A stretch of DNA of 63,717 nt, the filler included, from Licmophora abbreviata (Eukaryota): assembly GCA_900291995.1 (NCBI GenBank). It is 10 parts of 10 records of this genome, joined end to end, with 100 filler letters (N's around TTAATTAATTAA, not from the genome) between each part and the next. Parts side by side here need not be neighbours in the genome. Positions count along the whole stretch, not along the records: positions 27,024 to 37,110 come from OLMU01003602.1; positions 37,211 to 39,353 come from OLMU01003603.1; positions 39,454 to 42,406 come from OLMU01003604.1; positions 42,507 to 46,181 come from OLMU01003605.1; 6 more parts are not named here. One strand, given 5' to 3'. The translations under genes were made by a program, and so were the position numbers. Under the pieces are notes generated by a model. That model ran no database searches. It had not been told where the DNA came from and was given only the letters and a program-made list of their open reading frames with translations. Positions 32,869 to 45,319 of the stretch are shown here, in pieces. Each line of letters opens with the position of its first letter. Position 1 is the stretch's first letter.

Positions 32869-35088
32869 ATGGCAGAAAGCGACATGCCTGAAAGTGCTTT
32901 GGTTCCTTTCTCATTCGTTGCGCTGACGGGGTGTACGACGATCGTGCTAGCGTCAGCTCTGGCGTATGTATTGCTCAAGAGCAAATCAAAGTGAGTCATA
33001 TGTTCTTGAATGAACAAACTGGCTCGAGTGTTCTTTTCTCATCAGTTTTGTTTCAACTCTTTGCGGCAGCTCTCCGGGGGACTCGGAAACAGAGGAGCAA
33101 GCTCCGGCATCTCTCGACCGCCAGGTGAGTATGCGGGGTGCTTTCTCCAACGCCCAGCGACGTTCCTCTCGTAGATGACACTCATCGTTTCCATTCTATC
33201 TTTTTAGAAATATCCGGGCGGGCACTTGACGGTCTATTATGGATCCCAGACGGGTACGTCGGAATCATTCGCGCAGCAGCTGGAACGCGAGGGGGCCGAC
33301 CACGGATTTATGATGCATACGATGGACTTGGAAGACCTGGAAGTAGACCAAATGTTGGATAAAGCAAGAAAGGATGAAGATACAGGACTCTCCAAGGCGG
33401 CGATCCTAGTTGCCACGTACGGAGAAGGCGAGCCGACGGATAGTTCGACGGCGATTGTTCAAGAGCTCAAGCGCAGAATGGCTCCCGTAGGCGAAGAAGA
33501 GAAGAAGGAAGCTGAAGGCTCCATTGAACCGTCATTGGCAGGCTTGGAATTCTGTGTATTTGGCTTGGGAAATCGTCAGTACGAGCATTACAATTTCATG
33601 GGGAAGTTCTTCAACGACGCGTTGGAACAGGTCGGCGGGAAGCGTGTGTTGGAATTGGGCCTGGGAGACGATGACAATGATCTGGAAGGGGATTTCGAAA
33701 CCTGGAAAGACAGCAACTTCTGGCCTGCCATGACGAAGCTTTACGTCAAGGACGTTTCCAGTTTGCCTCACAAGGCACCCGATGCCGTGAAACTTCCAGA
33801 TTGTCCGTATGTGGTGGAATACGTTAACGGAAAGAAGAACAGCAAACCAAACATGAACCTCGCGCATGATCAGATTCATGGATCAAGTCGTCACTATTTT
33901 ACTTCCATTGACTGTCCCGTCTCGGTTGTCAGAGACCTTAGGATGTCGGAGGACCCCGGCTCTACCGTCCATGTTGAGATTGATATCTCGCGAGCCAAAG
34001 GACTGTCGTACAATACCGCCGACAATCTTGGGGTCTTGCCAGTCAATCATTCGGCAATCGTCGAGCAGGTTTCAAGGGCTCTCCAACTGGATTTGAATGC
34101 CATGTTCACTGTCAAGGCAGCGGAGGGACATGAGTGGCACGGTGCGCCCTTTCCAATGCCTTTGACGATTCGCGAATGCCTATCTCGATATTGCGATCTG
34201 ACGTCGGCCCCGCGTCGATCTGAGCTGAAACTGCTGGCAGCATACGCCAAGGATCCAGTTGATAGGGCAGCCCTCTTGCGCATGGCGTCGAAAGAAGGAA
34301 AGGCGGAATACCGAGAGAAAATAATGGAAAGCCACGTTGGATTGGTCGACTTACTTCGATTGTGTCCCTCGCTCGACATGCCAATGGAACACTTGCTGAA
34401 TTTCTGCCCTCGCTTACTCCCTCGCTTCTACACCATAAGCTCTTCTTCATCTGTATACCCCAAGTCGGTTCACTTGACTGTTTCAGTGACTGAGGCGAAA
34501 CGGAAGGACGGGTCCGTCTTTCGGGGCGTGTGCTCGAGCTATTTGTCGAATCTCAAGCCTGGTAATGACAAGATCCGCGTCTTTTGTCGAGAATCAACCT
34601 TTCGTCTCCCCCGGGATATATCACGACCCATTCTCATGGTCGGCCCCGGTACCGGCGTCGCCCCGATGCGAGGATTGGTACAGGAGCGCAAGCATCAACG
34701 TGTGTCGTCTCGTGGTGCTGTCATGGGACAGAACGTGCTTTTCTTTGGTTGTAAAAGGCGCAGTCATGACTATATCTACAAGGAGGAACTGGAAGGATTT
34801 CAGTCGTCTGGTGACTTGACTGCATTGCATGTTGCCTTTAGTCGAGAGCAGAGTGAAAAGATCTACGTACAACACTTGTTGGCCAAGAACGCGCCGGACG
34901 TGTGGAAACTCATTAGCACGACAGGTGCGTCCATTTATATTTGCGGCGGTGTCAAGATGGGTCACGACGTGACGGAAGCACTGAAGGAGGTCTGTGTCAA
35001 GGAGGGTAACCTGTCGCTGACGGAGGCCAAGGAGTATTTGGATGGGTTGGCAAGCGAAGGTCGATTCGTACAGGAATTGTGGGCTTAG
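32869..35088 (+). CDS. CPR: NADPH-cytochrome P450 reductase (3 exons)
   Basis: Exons 32869..32990, 33046..33124 and 33208..35088 splice in phase and add an N-terminal TM anchor. YGSQTGT, ATYGEGEP, FGLGNRQYE, RFYTISSS, GVCS, GPGTGVAP, C-terminal QELWA. Confidence 0.95.
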
Positions 35089-35606
35089 ATGTTGCTCACA
35101 TATGTGATCCTACCTAAGCTTAATTCGTCAAGAATTGTCAGTAGAGCACATACGACTTTCTTTGTCCTCGTACCGAACTGGACCCTGTAATCGTGCGAGT
35201 TAGGCCGTAGGAAGTATAATTTCGATTGCCTCCCGTTCCGATTGCCCGAGAGGTGCGCCGCACGGACCTTTCGATGTTCGAACAATGACTGCCACGTACG
35301 AACAGGTAGAAATAGTACCACGGGAACAAAAGACCCTGCCCGCGCATTCGTCTTTCGCGTTGTCGCCGTTGACTGTGGACAACACACGCGATCGGCGAGT
35401 GCGATGACCAAAACGGCGCAACTGACGCGACGCATTGCTGTTGCGCGCTTTGTACTCATTGCCATTGCAACGCTGTCAACGCCAGAGCGACACCCCATCG
35501 TTCCTTCTTTCTCTTCTACTTCTGCCCGGGTTGAAGCCTCGAAGGAACCCTCTGAGTTCACGTTTCAAACGCTTTTCTTCCTTCTCTTCTTTGCATCATC
35601 GTCATC

Positions 35607-36121
35607 ATGTGTTCCGACGCTGGCACGGGGTCGAAGTTTTGCGCCATATATTCCGTCACGGGTGCTCTCTTTACAGTGAGTCTATCGTACTGCAGTCTGA
35701 GAATCATGTGCAAGAGTGAAAACGCGACACAAGAAATGGAATTTTGCACCGGAGAGGGGTCAGCAGGTGTCGATGGCTCACGCCTTTTCCGTCGAGTCGT
35801 GAGGAGACAACAGGTCGACTCACGCGTTCTCTTCCGCCCTTTTCTACACAGTTATTTGTTGGGATGCTATTGACGCACCAGCCGTTCTTTATCGGCGGCA
35901 TTAAAGATACGGAGGTCGCCAAGGGTAGTGCCTTTGGGGCCATGTATGCCTTCATCGTTACTTTTTGCGTGAGTATAGTGGTGGGAATTCGAGATGCACG
36001 ACGGAAACGACGAGAAGCGATCCTGTCACGTCATACCTACGATCAAGTGCCGCCACCATCGGGTTTGAATGACTACGAAGTCAACATGGATTTGCCAACG
36101 GCAGGGTCGGTATTTTCATAA
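35607..36121 (+). CDS. Small two-TM protein resembling RNASEK / V-ATPase subunit f (2 exons)
   Basis: Phase-0 intron 35676..35851 gives MCSDAGTGSKFCAIYSVTGALFTLFVGMLLTHQPFFI...SAFGAMYAFIVTFCVSIVVG. Topology and spacing resemble subunit f. Confidence 0.55.
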
Positions 36122-36829
36122 AGAGAGGAGGAGTAGGCGTGTAGTTCGGATGGATAGAAACAGCGAGCTATGGATGAAACATGGAAGGATGTATGGAGAA
36201 ACGGGAGCACGTTTATGGGACGTTGGATAGTGAGGATATATTGGTCCAGGCGCCCCACAGATCGAAGTGCTGCCCCATCTCTTTATTCTTGACTGGCGAC
36301 TCTCGTGGAGGTGGATCTGGCTGATGATAGTAGGTTTGCGCCATCAGATGCAACTATAGCTCGGGAGATATATAAGTAGTACAGATTTCTTCAATGGATG
36401 GGAACAAGGCTTGACTGGGTGGTCTGACCGAGTCTTTTCTCTCACATGGGAGATAGAGAGATTGAAAAAAGGGATAGACTCTCTAGACGGCGCTAATAAC
36501 TTTACGAGTCGCGTTGTGCATTTCTCTCTACATAGGCATCGATGCATTTAGTCGAGTGAGTCGAACATTCCATAAACGTCCCTCCGTCGCCCCTTTTCTG
36601 TATTCTTTCAGCCACACAAATTCAAACGCTCAAGGCACCGCGCGAAAAGCTTCCTTACACTTCTGCAGTACAGAATTGACGTAGAGGTTTACGCTATTTC
36701 TGGTATCCAATGAAATGATCTTGAATGGTTCGCGATCGTCAACACGAGGTTCTGGTTGAGGACGCCGGCTGCCATTGTTGCACCCTTGTGAATGAACTTT
36801 TGTCGCTCCAGACGACTTTCAGCGAAACC

Positions 36830-38749
36830 ATGATGAAATTTGCTTCCATTGGAAGCTCTCTCCTTCTTTTGGTGTCGGTGGATGCCTTCTCACCACAGTC
36901 GATGCTGAGGTAAGCTCTCAGACACGCGCCATTTCCAGATTCGCCGCGACTGTGATGGATTCGCTGCTTGTACTACCGCGTGATGTGTATACATGGGGGA
37001 TCATATCTGTCACGGGTAGCACCGTCAGTTTGAAGGGCTTGGGTTCCTTGTCTACCTTGACCGCCTCCGATGGATTGGAATCTCATGTGTCGTCGTTCCT
37101 GCCATCTTTCNNNNNNNNNNNNNNNNNNNNNNNNNNNNNNNNNNNNNNNNNNNNTTAATTAATTAANNNNNNNNNNNNNNNNNNNNNNNNNNNNNNNNNN
37201 NNNNNNNNNNCCGTACAGCTCAACATGGTCTCGACATCCCCGCCCGCCGAAAAGGCCTCCACGTCGTCCGAAAGCAGCGGTGACTGGTCACCCACCTCGT
37301 GGACATCCAAACAGGCCTTGCAGCTTCCCAACTACGAAGACGTAGAAGAGCTCGATCGCGCGATCAACAAGATCGAACGCTCCTCTCCCTTGGTCTTTGC
37401 GGGAGAAGTGCGCTCGCTCCACGAGAAGCTTGCCCGCGCCTGTCAAGGACAGGGATTCTTGCTCATGGGTGGGGACTGTGCGGAAGCCTTCAATGAGTTC
37501 AATGTCGATCATGTTCGTGATACCTTCCGTGTCCTCTTGCAGATGGCCCTCGTGTTGACCTTTGGAAGCGCCATGCCCGTCATCAAGGTGGGACGCATGG
37601 CTGGACAGTTTGCCAAGCCTCGCAGTGAGCCGGATGAAGTCAAGGATGGCGTCGCACTGCCCAGCTACCGTGGCGATATCATCAACGGGGAAGATTTCAC
37701 TGCCGAAGCGCGACGACACAATCCCATGAACATGGTGGAAGCCTACCATCAGAGCGCCCAAACGCTCAACATTCTTCGTGCCTTTAGCACCGGTGGATAC
37801 GCTGATATCAGTCGTCTTCATGCTTGGAATCTTGATTTTGTCGAACAGACCGACGAAGGAAGCAGGTGCGTTCCAGGAGAACGGAGAACAGCTAATCATG
37901 AGTACCGCGCGCTTGTACACGACGACGTCCTCACCGTGTGCGGCTTGGTCGTTCTTCTGGCTTTGTTTCTCCGACAGGTACCGCAAGTTTGCCAACAAGG
38001 TAGACGAATCGCTGCGCTTCATGAAGGCCATTGGCGTCGACACGGGCTCTCCTGCCTTCACGCAAGCTGACTTTTACACAGCGCACGAGTGCCTTCTTCT
38101 CCATTACGAGCAGGCTTTGACCCGAAAGGATTCCACAACCGGCAAGTGGTATGACTGCTCCTCCCACATGCTCTGGGTCGGCGAACGAACACGTCAGCTC
38201 GATGGAGCACACTTGGAGTTCATTCGCGGCATTCACAACCCGCTTGGTGTCAAGATTAGTGATAAGTGCACCCCGGAGGAACTCATTCGTATCATCGACA
38301 CCATGAACCCGCAGAACATTCCGGGACGTCTGACCATCATCGTCCGTATGGGGGCGGACAAACTGCGAAAAAACATGCCTGAACTAATTCGAGCTGTTCA
38401 GCGTGAAGGCAAGAGTGTGGTCTGGATTTCCGATCCTGTGCACGGTAATACGCGCAAGACGGAGAACGGCTTCAAGACACGCGACTTTGACAACATTCGG
38501 GCGGAATTGAGGGCCTTCTTCGATGTCCACGACGAAATGGGATCGCATCCCGGCGGCGTTCACTTGGAAATGACTGGAGAAGACGTCACTGAGTGCGTTG
38601 GAGGACTCAGCGATGTTACGGAAAGCTCTCTGCCCGATCGCTACAACACGTATTGCGACCCTCGTTTGAATGGAGCTCAAGCATTGGAGTTGGCCTTTTT
38701 GATTGCAGAGCGAATGCGATTGAGGACGGGGCTCCCCCCGATCGAGTAA
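36830..38749 (+). CDS. Class II DAHP synthase, plastid-targeted
   Basis: Exon 1 has VDAFSP (donor 36910). [31 protein letters not shown], intron 37866..37977, [33 protein letters not shown] scaffold gap lies between exon 1 and the rest of the gene. Confidence 0.95.
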
Positions 38750-38849
38750 CGAACGCGTTTGGTACTTGGGAAAAGAATGTCGTGAAAGAGTCCTAACGTT
38801 TAAGCTTATTCTTCTTATTTTATTATAGCTAGCCAAAGTGTAGCTAGTA

Positions 38850-39353
38850 TCATTCATCGACATCAGTGGACGCCAAAGCGCAAGTATTTAGGCGTGTCGC
38901 CATACCTGTGAGGTCGCTGATGCTGCGTCGTCGTTGGGCTCGCCTTGGCAAAGGAGAATAGGAAGGATACCTCTTACTGTTGCTCCGTGGATTGGATCTC
39001 GATAGGAGCTCCACAACAGTTCTTGTCGTGAGTAAGCTTGCTGTGCTCTGCAAAGACGACTGAGTAGATTTGAAACGTTTCTGCGACGGCTGAGACATTA
39101 TCTCAGAGGCATTGTTGCTTTTGGGGGAATTTGAGCGCAAGAGGAGCGTGCCTAGCGCAAAGGCAAGATCTCTCACTGACCCTTCATCGCCTGCGATCTC
39201 CCCATCATCGCCAAAGCTGACGGTATCGTCGACACTGGGCGAAGTGGCTGTGGTCATGGCCATGGCAGACGAATATGTCTTCTGTTGCTGCGTAGGACGC
39301 AGCGCTGCCTGCGCCTTGACGTTACCGGATGCTGGAATGACGATTGGATTGCA
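38850..39353 (-). CDS. Ser-rich ORF fragment, possibly the cytoplasmic tail of the adjacent M8 peptidase
   Basis: Open from the gap edge to a stop at 38850 on the same strand as the truncated M8 ORF. No domain recognised. Confidence 0.35.
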   Translation of the reverse strand, partial: CNPIVIPASGNVKAQAALRPTQQQKTYSSAMAMTTATSPSVDDTVSFGDDGEIAGDEGSVRDLAFALGTLLLRSNSPKSNNASEIMSQPSQKRFKSTQSSLQSTASLLTTRTVVELLSRSNPRSNSKRYPSYSPLPRRAQRRRSISDLTGMATRLNTCALASTDVDE

Positions 39354-39453
39354 NNNNNNNNNNNNNNNNNNNNNNNNNNNNNNNNNNNNNNNNNNNNTTA
39401 ATTAATTAANNNNNNNNNNNNNNNNNNNNNNNNNNNNNNNNNNNNNNNNNNNN

Positions 39454-42406
39454 GATTGAGCGAAGATACAACAGTGAGCTTTTCGGACCCCCCATCAGTC
39501 TCGGTCATACTCCCGTCCGTCTCGGAAAGGTTTTCCGCCAGCGGATCATGGAGCCTAATATCCACGAGCATTGATGCAACGAATTTGTCCTTGCTTGATC
39601 GTTGATCATGCCCGACTGACAACCTTGCAGGACTTTCACTGGTACGAAACCAGTCAAGGGATGAGGAACGCCCTCTCCTCAGGTACCGCACAACAATGAG
39701 GCCAACGGCTATTGAGAAGAAGCCAAAGCCGCCTACGGATATCAAGGCAATCATCCACGGGAGCAATAGGCGTCCATCCTCGGCTAGATCCTCTTCTGTT
39801 GGGTAGTAGTAATCACCGACAACGGGATCAGCGAGCGGGGATTGCGAATCCTGCGCTTCAGAGTAGAAATGGCCTTGACCTTGCGGCGAAAGATCGTCGC
39901 ACATGCCGGACTCTAAGCCAAGGGTTGTGTTGTCCCCAGATGGGGCGACGGCAGTTCCATTTGTAGTGTTCGTATTTGTTGCATTCGTTATAGAAAATGA
40001 TTCGCAGACACACTCACCGGTGGCGTAGTCGCAACTGCCACCAGTTCCCAGACAATCTCGCCGGCAGTAAAAGACAGGACAGGCACGAATCGGGTCCGGG
40101 CATATCACCGTGCTGGCGTCCCCTTCACGAGAGTACAGAAGCTGACCACCCTTGTCACATCTTTGCCACACCTTGGCCACTCGTACTCGCAAAGAACGAT
40201 CCTCAATTATGCACGCGGTCGGAAGGCAGAATGCGGTCTGAAGGCCTCTATAATTTCCTGACACACATCGCGCATTTCTTCCGCCAAACGATTCAATGTC
40301 GCTCACCTGCATCAGGGTCTTCGCTCGTCGATCTCGGCAAGCTCCGTTAGAGAATCCAGAGAAGACTGGACAATAGTCAAGGAACGGATCATTGCCACCG
40401 ATCGATGAACCGTATGAGTCTCCGAAATATTGATACTCCATGGGTAGATCTGAATCGTAACGAGATATCGAGCAAGTCGCCTTGCTCGACAGATCGGGAG
40501 AACATCCATGTATCTCGGCCGTCGTTCCTTCTTGGAGGATAGAAACGGCATCGTTGCAGAAGAATGGTCTATTAACAGAAGGAACTTGGCCATCTCCAGA
40601 AAGACACGAGTCTTCAACAAAGCTGCAACCTGCACCCCGGCCCCATGCACTCGGATATGCTGTCCGTGAGAGATCAACTTGGTACCAACCCGAGTCAGCA
40701 AGAAGAGCGAGTGTGACACTTGAGATCTTCAGAGTGAACGGGACCTCGTCCAGTACAGGGTTCATCAGATCCTCGCGAAGGAGCCGTCTTTCCCAGTGGT
40801 CACCAATGCAAGATCCTTCGAGGCGTGCTGCATCAGAACTATTGATGGCGCGAAGAACAAGTCCGCTTTCCAATTCCGCGCCAGTCAAGGTTTGGCAATC
40901 GAAATGATTGCGGACGACTTGTCGGACCGATGGAGTGACAACCTCGGCCACACGTACTCCACGGACGGTGCGGAACTGAAGAACATCTTCGGACGGCAGA
41001 GGGACTATTTGCGTGAGCCTTGGATTCGGTCCAGTGCATTCCACCTTCGTATCGACCACATCTCCGTTGACTCGTGGGGTGATGGGACTTCCGTCCGAGT
41101 GTCGAAAGTGGGCAAGACTCTGCGTGTTGAATCCAAGAATGTGTGCGAGCTCGTGCATGATGGTCACAATATTGCGTTCTAGGAGCGATTCCGAGAAGAA
41201 ATCCTCGTCGATACAGAGGTGTAGCATACCAGCCGTGGGTCTATCGTACTGATCCGTCGAGCAATACGATGCAGCAGCCAAGTATTCTCCAGAACACGTA
41301 GGTGGCGGATTCCATGTGAGTTTCTCAGGGTCCCTTCTCCAGCGGAATCCCGGAAATGCAAGATTTGTATCCGTCTCATCACCACTATTGTTGTCCCAAG
41401 CGACTGGTGAATCGCTAGCTCTTGACTCTGATTCAGACGACTCTCGGGCGAACGCGATGCTCAAGTAGACGACAAGATCCGTGTCGGGCATTCCGATCCG
41501 CAGATGCGAAGGCGGGACAGGTACACTCGGAGACCCACTGTCTATTCCAGGCCCGCACGTCTCGCCATCGTACAGCTGGTCGGCGTCCACGGTCAGATTT
41601 CCGACGACCGGGTTGACCCTTAGGGCCGCACTCCATGCCAAAATAGCCGGACTAAGTATATCCTGAAACAGCGCTTCTCTCTCCGATGCATTCAGAAAGG
41701 TCTCCCCATGATCCTGTTCTGAAAGTATCGCTCGTACTCGAATTGGTTGATAGGAGAAGGAGGTCGCGTTGGTATCGTTAGCCTGTGTACTTGTTGCTGT
41801 CGTGTACACGACGGTCTCGTCGGATGCGGTAGCGTTGGCGTTCTCGAATTCGGATGTGACATTCCAGCCATCTTCAGTCGAGTTTCCAGTAGTGCCTTCC
41901 GTCAATATCCCCTCAACTTCTTCTGTTTCTGCGGCAGGATGCGTCTTGCCGACTTGTACCTCGGTGCCCGCATCGGACGCTGCGAATTTGTTCTCGACCT
42001 GCGATCGTCGATGTCCGCTCGCCGATGGTGGTACTCTGGGTGCTTCACTCTCCAGCAGCTGCCTATCTCTTCTACTCTTCCTTCGCTCTCGATGCCACTC
42101 TTCCAATGTCGAGGAAGCGAAGACAGAAGTATCACTTTGAACATACCAATACGACTCTCCCGCAGTCTTGGAAGCCTGTCGCCTCGTCTTGTCGCTGCTG
42201 CTTCCGCTCTCAGATTCCCTGTCGTGAGCTCTCAAGGATGCTAATGGCGATGATCTCCGTATTGATTGCTGGCTTGAAGTGTCTTTTGAGAGCTCGTGCG
42301 GAATCCAGAATCTGGAAGTGGCTCGCTGATTCCGACGATAGGAAAGTTTTCGCTTGGAGCTTCGCACGCGATGCTGATGAAGCAGTCCTTCCGCATCAGC
42401 GCAATA
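39454..42406 (-). CDS. Leishmanolysin/invadolysin-like M8 metallopeptidase, membrane-anchored (both ends in gaps)
   Basis: CSTDQYDRP.AG, HELAHILGF, VRNHFDC...GAELE, GDHWERR, EDLM, LADSGWY, WGRGAGC, EGF-like C-terminus, TM helix. Confidence 0.9.
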
Positions 42407-42833
42407 NNNNNNNNNNNNNNNNNNNNNNNNNNNNNNNNNNNNNNNNNNNNTTAATTAATTAANNNNNNNNNNNNNNNNNNNNNNNNNNNNNNNNNNNNNN
42501 NNNNNNGGATGAGAATAAGGAATTTCTTTTCTCAAATTTAAAATTTCAGCACGCGCTCTGAGCCAACACTCCGAGGCGGCCTCGCCTCAACGGAAGGAAT
42601 GAACATTACAGGTATTCATATAAGCATTAACGGAAAATTCGGCAGTACAGTTTCTACGGGTGGGTACGTGTCCCAAATCGCTCTCGGTCGGATTGCATCA
42701 CGAAATGAAATACACAAACGGAACCCATGCAGGTTTGCTGCGTTGAGAGGAGTATTTCATCCATACTGCGGTCGCGCTTCAGCCAAGACGACAGTTTCGA
42801 ACCTTGACTCCTTTCTTACACTCCAGAAGAACC

Positions 42834-45095
42834 ATGACTCTTTGTTTTTGTCGCCGATCTACGTCGGTTTGGATCTGTTCGTTTCTCGTGTTAATTTCGT
42901 CGGTCGTGACAAATTCAGCTGTCATGCCAGTCATTGACGCCGATGCTGTTCCAGAGAACTCGGTAGACGCTTCCTCGCTGCGTGGAAGAAAAACTATTGG
43001 TCCTGAGACACTGCACACACGCCAACATGTTATTCAACGAATCTACGGTCCTGAGAATGCCCAAGTCCGTCGACAAGTTTCGCTGTTGGAAGAACAACAC
43101 CCTCGCTTGCAAACAGGAATTCCCAGTGACCCGCATCACCGTATTGAATACGAAGATCACCCTTTCGACCAGGGCGCTCGCTCTTTACAAGACGAGGAAT
43201 TACCAGAAGACAAATTCAAGCCAATGCGGATTCAGTTCTATACGGGAGCGCTGGATGCAATGCGAGACTCGGACGTCAGTGCGCAAAAGATCGATTTCAT
43301 CAAGAGTCAGGTTTTGCCGCGAACACAAGACTTTTGGTCCAAGGCCTTGGCTGTCGTGCCTGTCAAGAACAATCTATTGATCAATTCTGCAGAGCTCGCG
43401 AATCGACTGTACTGTGGAGACTCGGAGTTTACAGAAGTTCCGGCTGCACATATTCGTTCGGGAGTACCTGATACAGACTTGATACTCTATGTGAGTGGGA
43501 CTCCGTCGACGCGATTTTGCGGACGCAACACGCTTGCTGTCGCCGTCGCATGTAATTACGACCAGTTTGATCGCCCGATCGCAGGAGCTATTAACTTTTG
43601 TCTCGACAAGATTGATGTCAGCTCGGGGGGTTCTGCAAGTGACGCAGTCCTCCAGGACAATGTCGATGTGGCCATCCACGAGGCGGCGCATGTACTCGGC
43701 ATGTCGAGTAACTCGTACCGATTGTTCTGGGACCACGAGACGGAAAGCCCCAGAACGCCTCGTCCTTTTCAAACTAGTACGGTCACCTGCGTCAATGGAG
43801 AATCGAGAAATCTCATCCTGCCAGCGGAGAATACGATGAAGTTCTTCCAGGCGTCAAATGGACAGAGATACGCGAGCATCGTCACGCCAAAGGTCCGAAC
43901 GATTGCACGAAATCAGTTTGACTGCCAGAGTCTTGCAGGTGGGCAGTTGGAGAATCAGCCGACGGGGAGCTCATCGTGTGCGGGAGACCATTGGGACGAA
44001 CGACTCTTCTATCCGGAGGCCATCTCGGGAGTTATCTCACCGACCACCAACATTCTCAGTCCGTTGACGCTTGCCCTCTTTGAGGACTCGGGTTGGTACA
44101 AGGCCAATTACACACAGACACAGCTATCACCGTGGGGAATGGGTGCCGGCTGCGACTTTGTGACGAAGCAGTGCCTCATTCCATCGACGGATGGAGGCAA
44201 GCCGAACATCCCCGAGTACGGGCGTGGCTATTTTTGCAACGAGGCTTCCCGACGAGGTTGCTCGCCGGTTTTAACCCACAAGGCGGCCTGCACAGTCTTG
44301 GACTTTGAAACGCTATTGCCTATAAATTTACCCGATCCTCAATTTCAATACTTTGCTGACGGCTCGTTGGGAGGTCCTCGACAAGCCGACTATTGTCCTC
44401 TGTACGGGTCTCCGTATACAAAGGCCGAGAAACTGGATTGTCGCGTTGGAGGCAATAGTCCTGACGTCAACTGGTATAGTGAAAACTACAGCGAAGATAG
44501 TCAATGCTTTGAAACGACCAACAGTGGCGAAGGACGATGTTACGAGTCTGCATGTATCAAGGACGAGATGGCCTTGTCGATCAATATCAATGGCATTTGG
44601 ACGAAGTGCGAATACGACTTTCAAGTGGTTGAAGGAAAGGTCGGCCCAACTGGTGTCTTTCCTATCAAAGTAGTATGTCCGCGGCTCACGACAGCTTGTC
44701 CCGACCTGTTTTGTCCCTTCAACTGCGCGGGCCGTGGCGTTTGCAACTTTGCGAATACCGTCGACGGCGTAACTCAACCCAAATGCGAGTGCTTCGACCC
44801 CGACGATGAAACACCAGGGTGCTCAGACTCGCTTGTACCCGACGGAAGCTACCTCGAAAACTCCGGAGGACTTATCAACAATATTCAAGAGAATTTTTTC
44901 GATCCACTAGTGGCAGTCTTCTACGACCACCCCAACAAGTGGACGACTGCGTCATGGGCATGGGCGGCGGGGCTTCTCTGTCTGCTCATCATTCTGTTGC
45001 TGTGTGTCTGCTCGACTTTCTTTCCCGAGCCACGCGGAAAGAAGAGTGTCCCGTCACGATCACCAACATCGGTCCAAAGAGAAGCCTCTTTTTAG
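42834..45095 (+). CDS. Second leishmanolysin-like M8 metallopeptidase, membrane-anchored
   Basis: Signal peptide, DQFDRPIAG, HEAAHVLGM, ARNQFDC...GGQLEN, GDHWDER, FEDSGWY, CPFNCAGRGVC, C-terminal TM. Confidence 0.9.
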   Translation: MTLCFCRRSTSVWICSFLVLISSVVTNSAVMPVIDADAVPENSVDASSLRGRKTIGPETLHTRQHVIQRIYGPENAQVRRQVSLLEEQHPRLQTGIPSDPHHRIEYEDHPFDQGARSLQDEELPEDKFKPMRIQFYTGALDAMRDSDVSAQKIDFIKSQVLPRTQDFWSKALAVVPVKNNLLINSAELANRLYCGDSEFTEVPAAHIRSGVPDTDLILYVSGTPSTRFCGRNTLAVAVACNYDQFDRPIAGAINFCLDKIDVSSGGSASDAVLQDNVDVAIHEAAHVLGMSSNSYRLFWDHETESPRTPRPFQTSTVTCVNGESRNLILPAENTMKFFQASNGQRYASIVTPKVRTIARNQFDCQSLAGGQLENQPTGSSSCAGDHWDERLFYPEAISGVISPTTNILSPLTLALFEDSGWYKANYTQTQLSPWGMGAGCDFVTKQCLIPSTDGGKPNIPEYGRGYFCNEASRRGCSPVLTHKAACTVLDFETLLPINLPDPQFQYFADGSLGGPRQADYCPLYGSPYTKAEKLDCRVGGNSPDVNWYSENYSEDSQCFETTNSGEGRCYESACIKDEMALSININGIWTKCEYDFQVVEGKVGPTGVFPIKVVCPRLTTACPDLFCPFNCAGRGVCNFANTVDGVTQPKCECFDPDDETPGCSDSLVPDGSYLENSGGLINNIQENFFDPLVAVFYDHPNKWTTASWAWAAGLLCLLIILLLCVCSTFFPEPRGKKSVPSRSPTSVQREASF

Positions 45096-45319
45096 GTTGA
45101 GCTTACTATCTGCCAAAGGCGGCTTGCGCATGGGGGTGTTGGCCCAACAGCGAGAAATCGAAAAATGTTGTCGTGACACTCCGTGTACAGAAGTAGATTG
45201 ATGAGTCAACTTTTACATTCTAAAATAAATACGAGATTCATAATAACTACAGATGACCTTTCGTGGTACATAGATGTTCGCATCAAGGATTGCGTCGTAG
45301 TCTACACGGAATGATTCGC

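Noticed and set aside
35085..35679. ORFs of 145-158 aa between CPR and the small TM gene
   Set aside because: No recognisable domain. They overlap likely UTR and promoter sequence.
36122..36829. Possible hidden minus-strand gene behind E2F/CHR-like words at 36621..36648
   Set aside because: Only short ORFs without motifs were found, and I could not build a spliced model.
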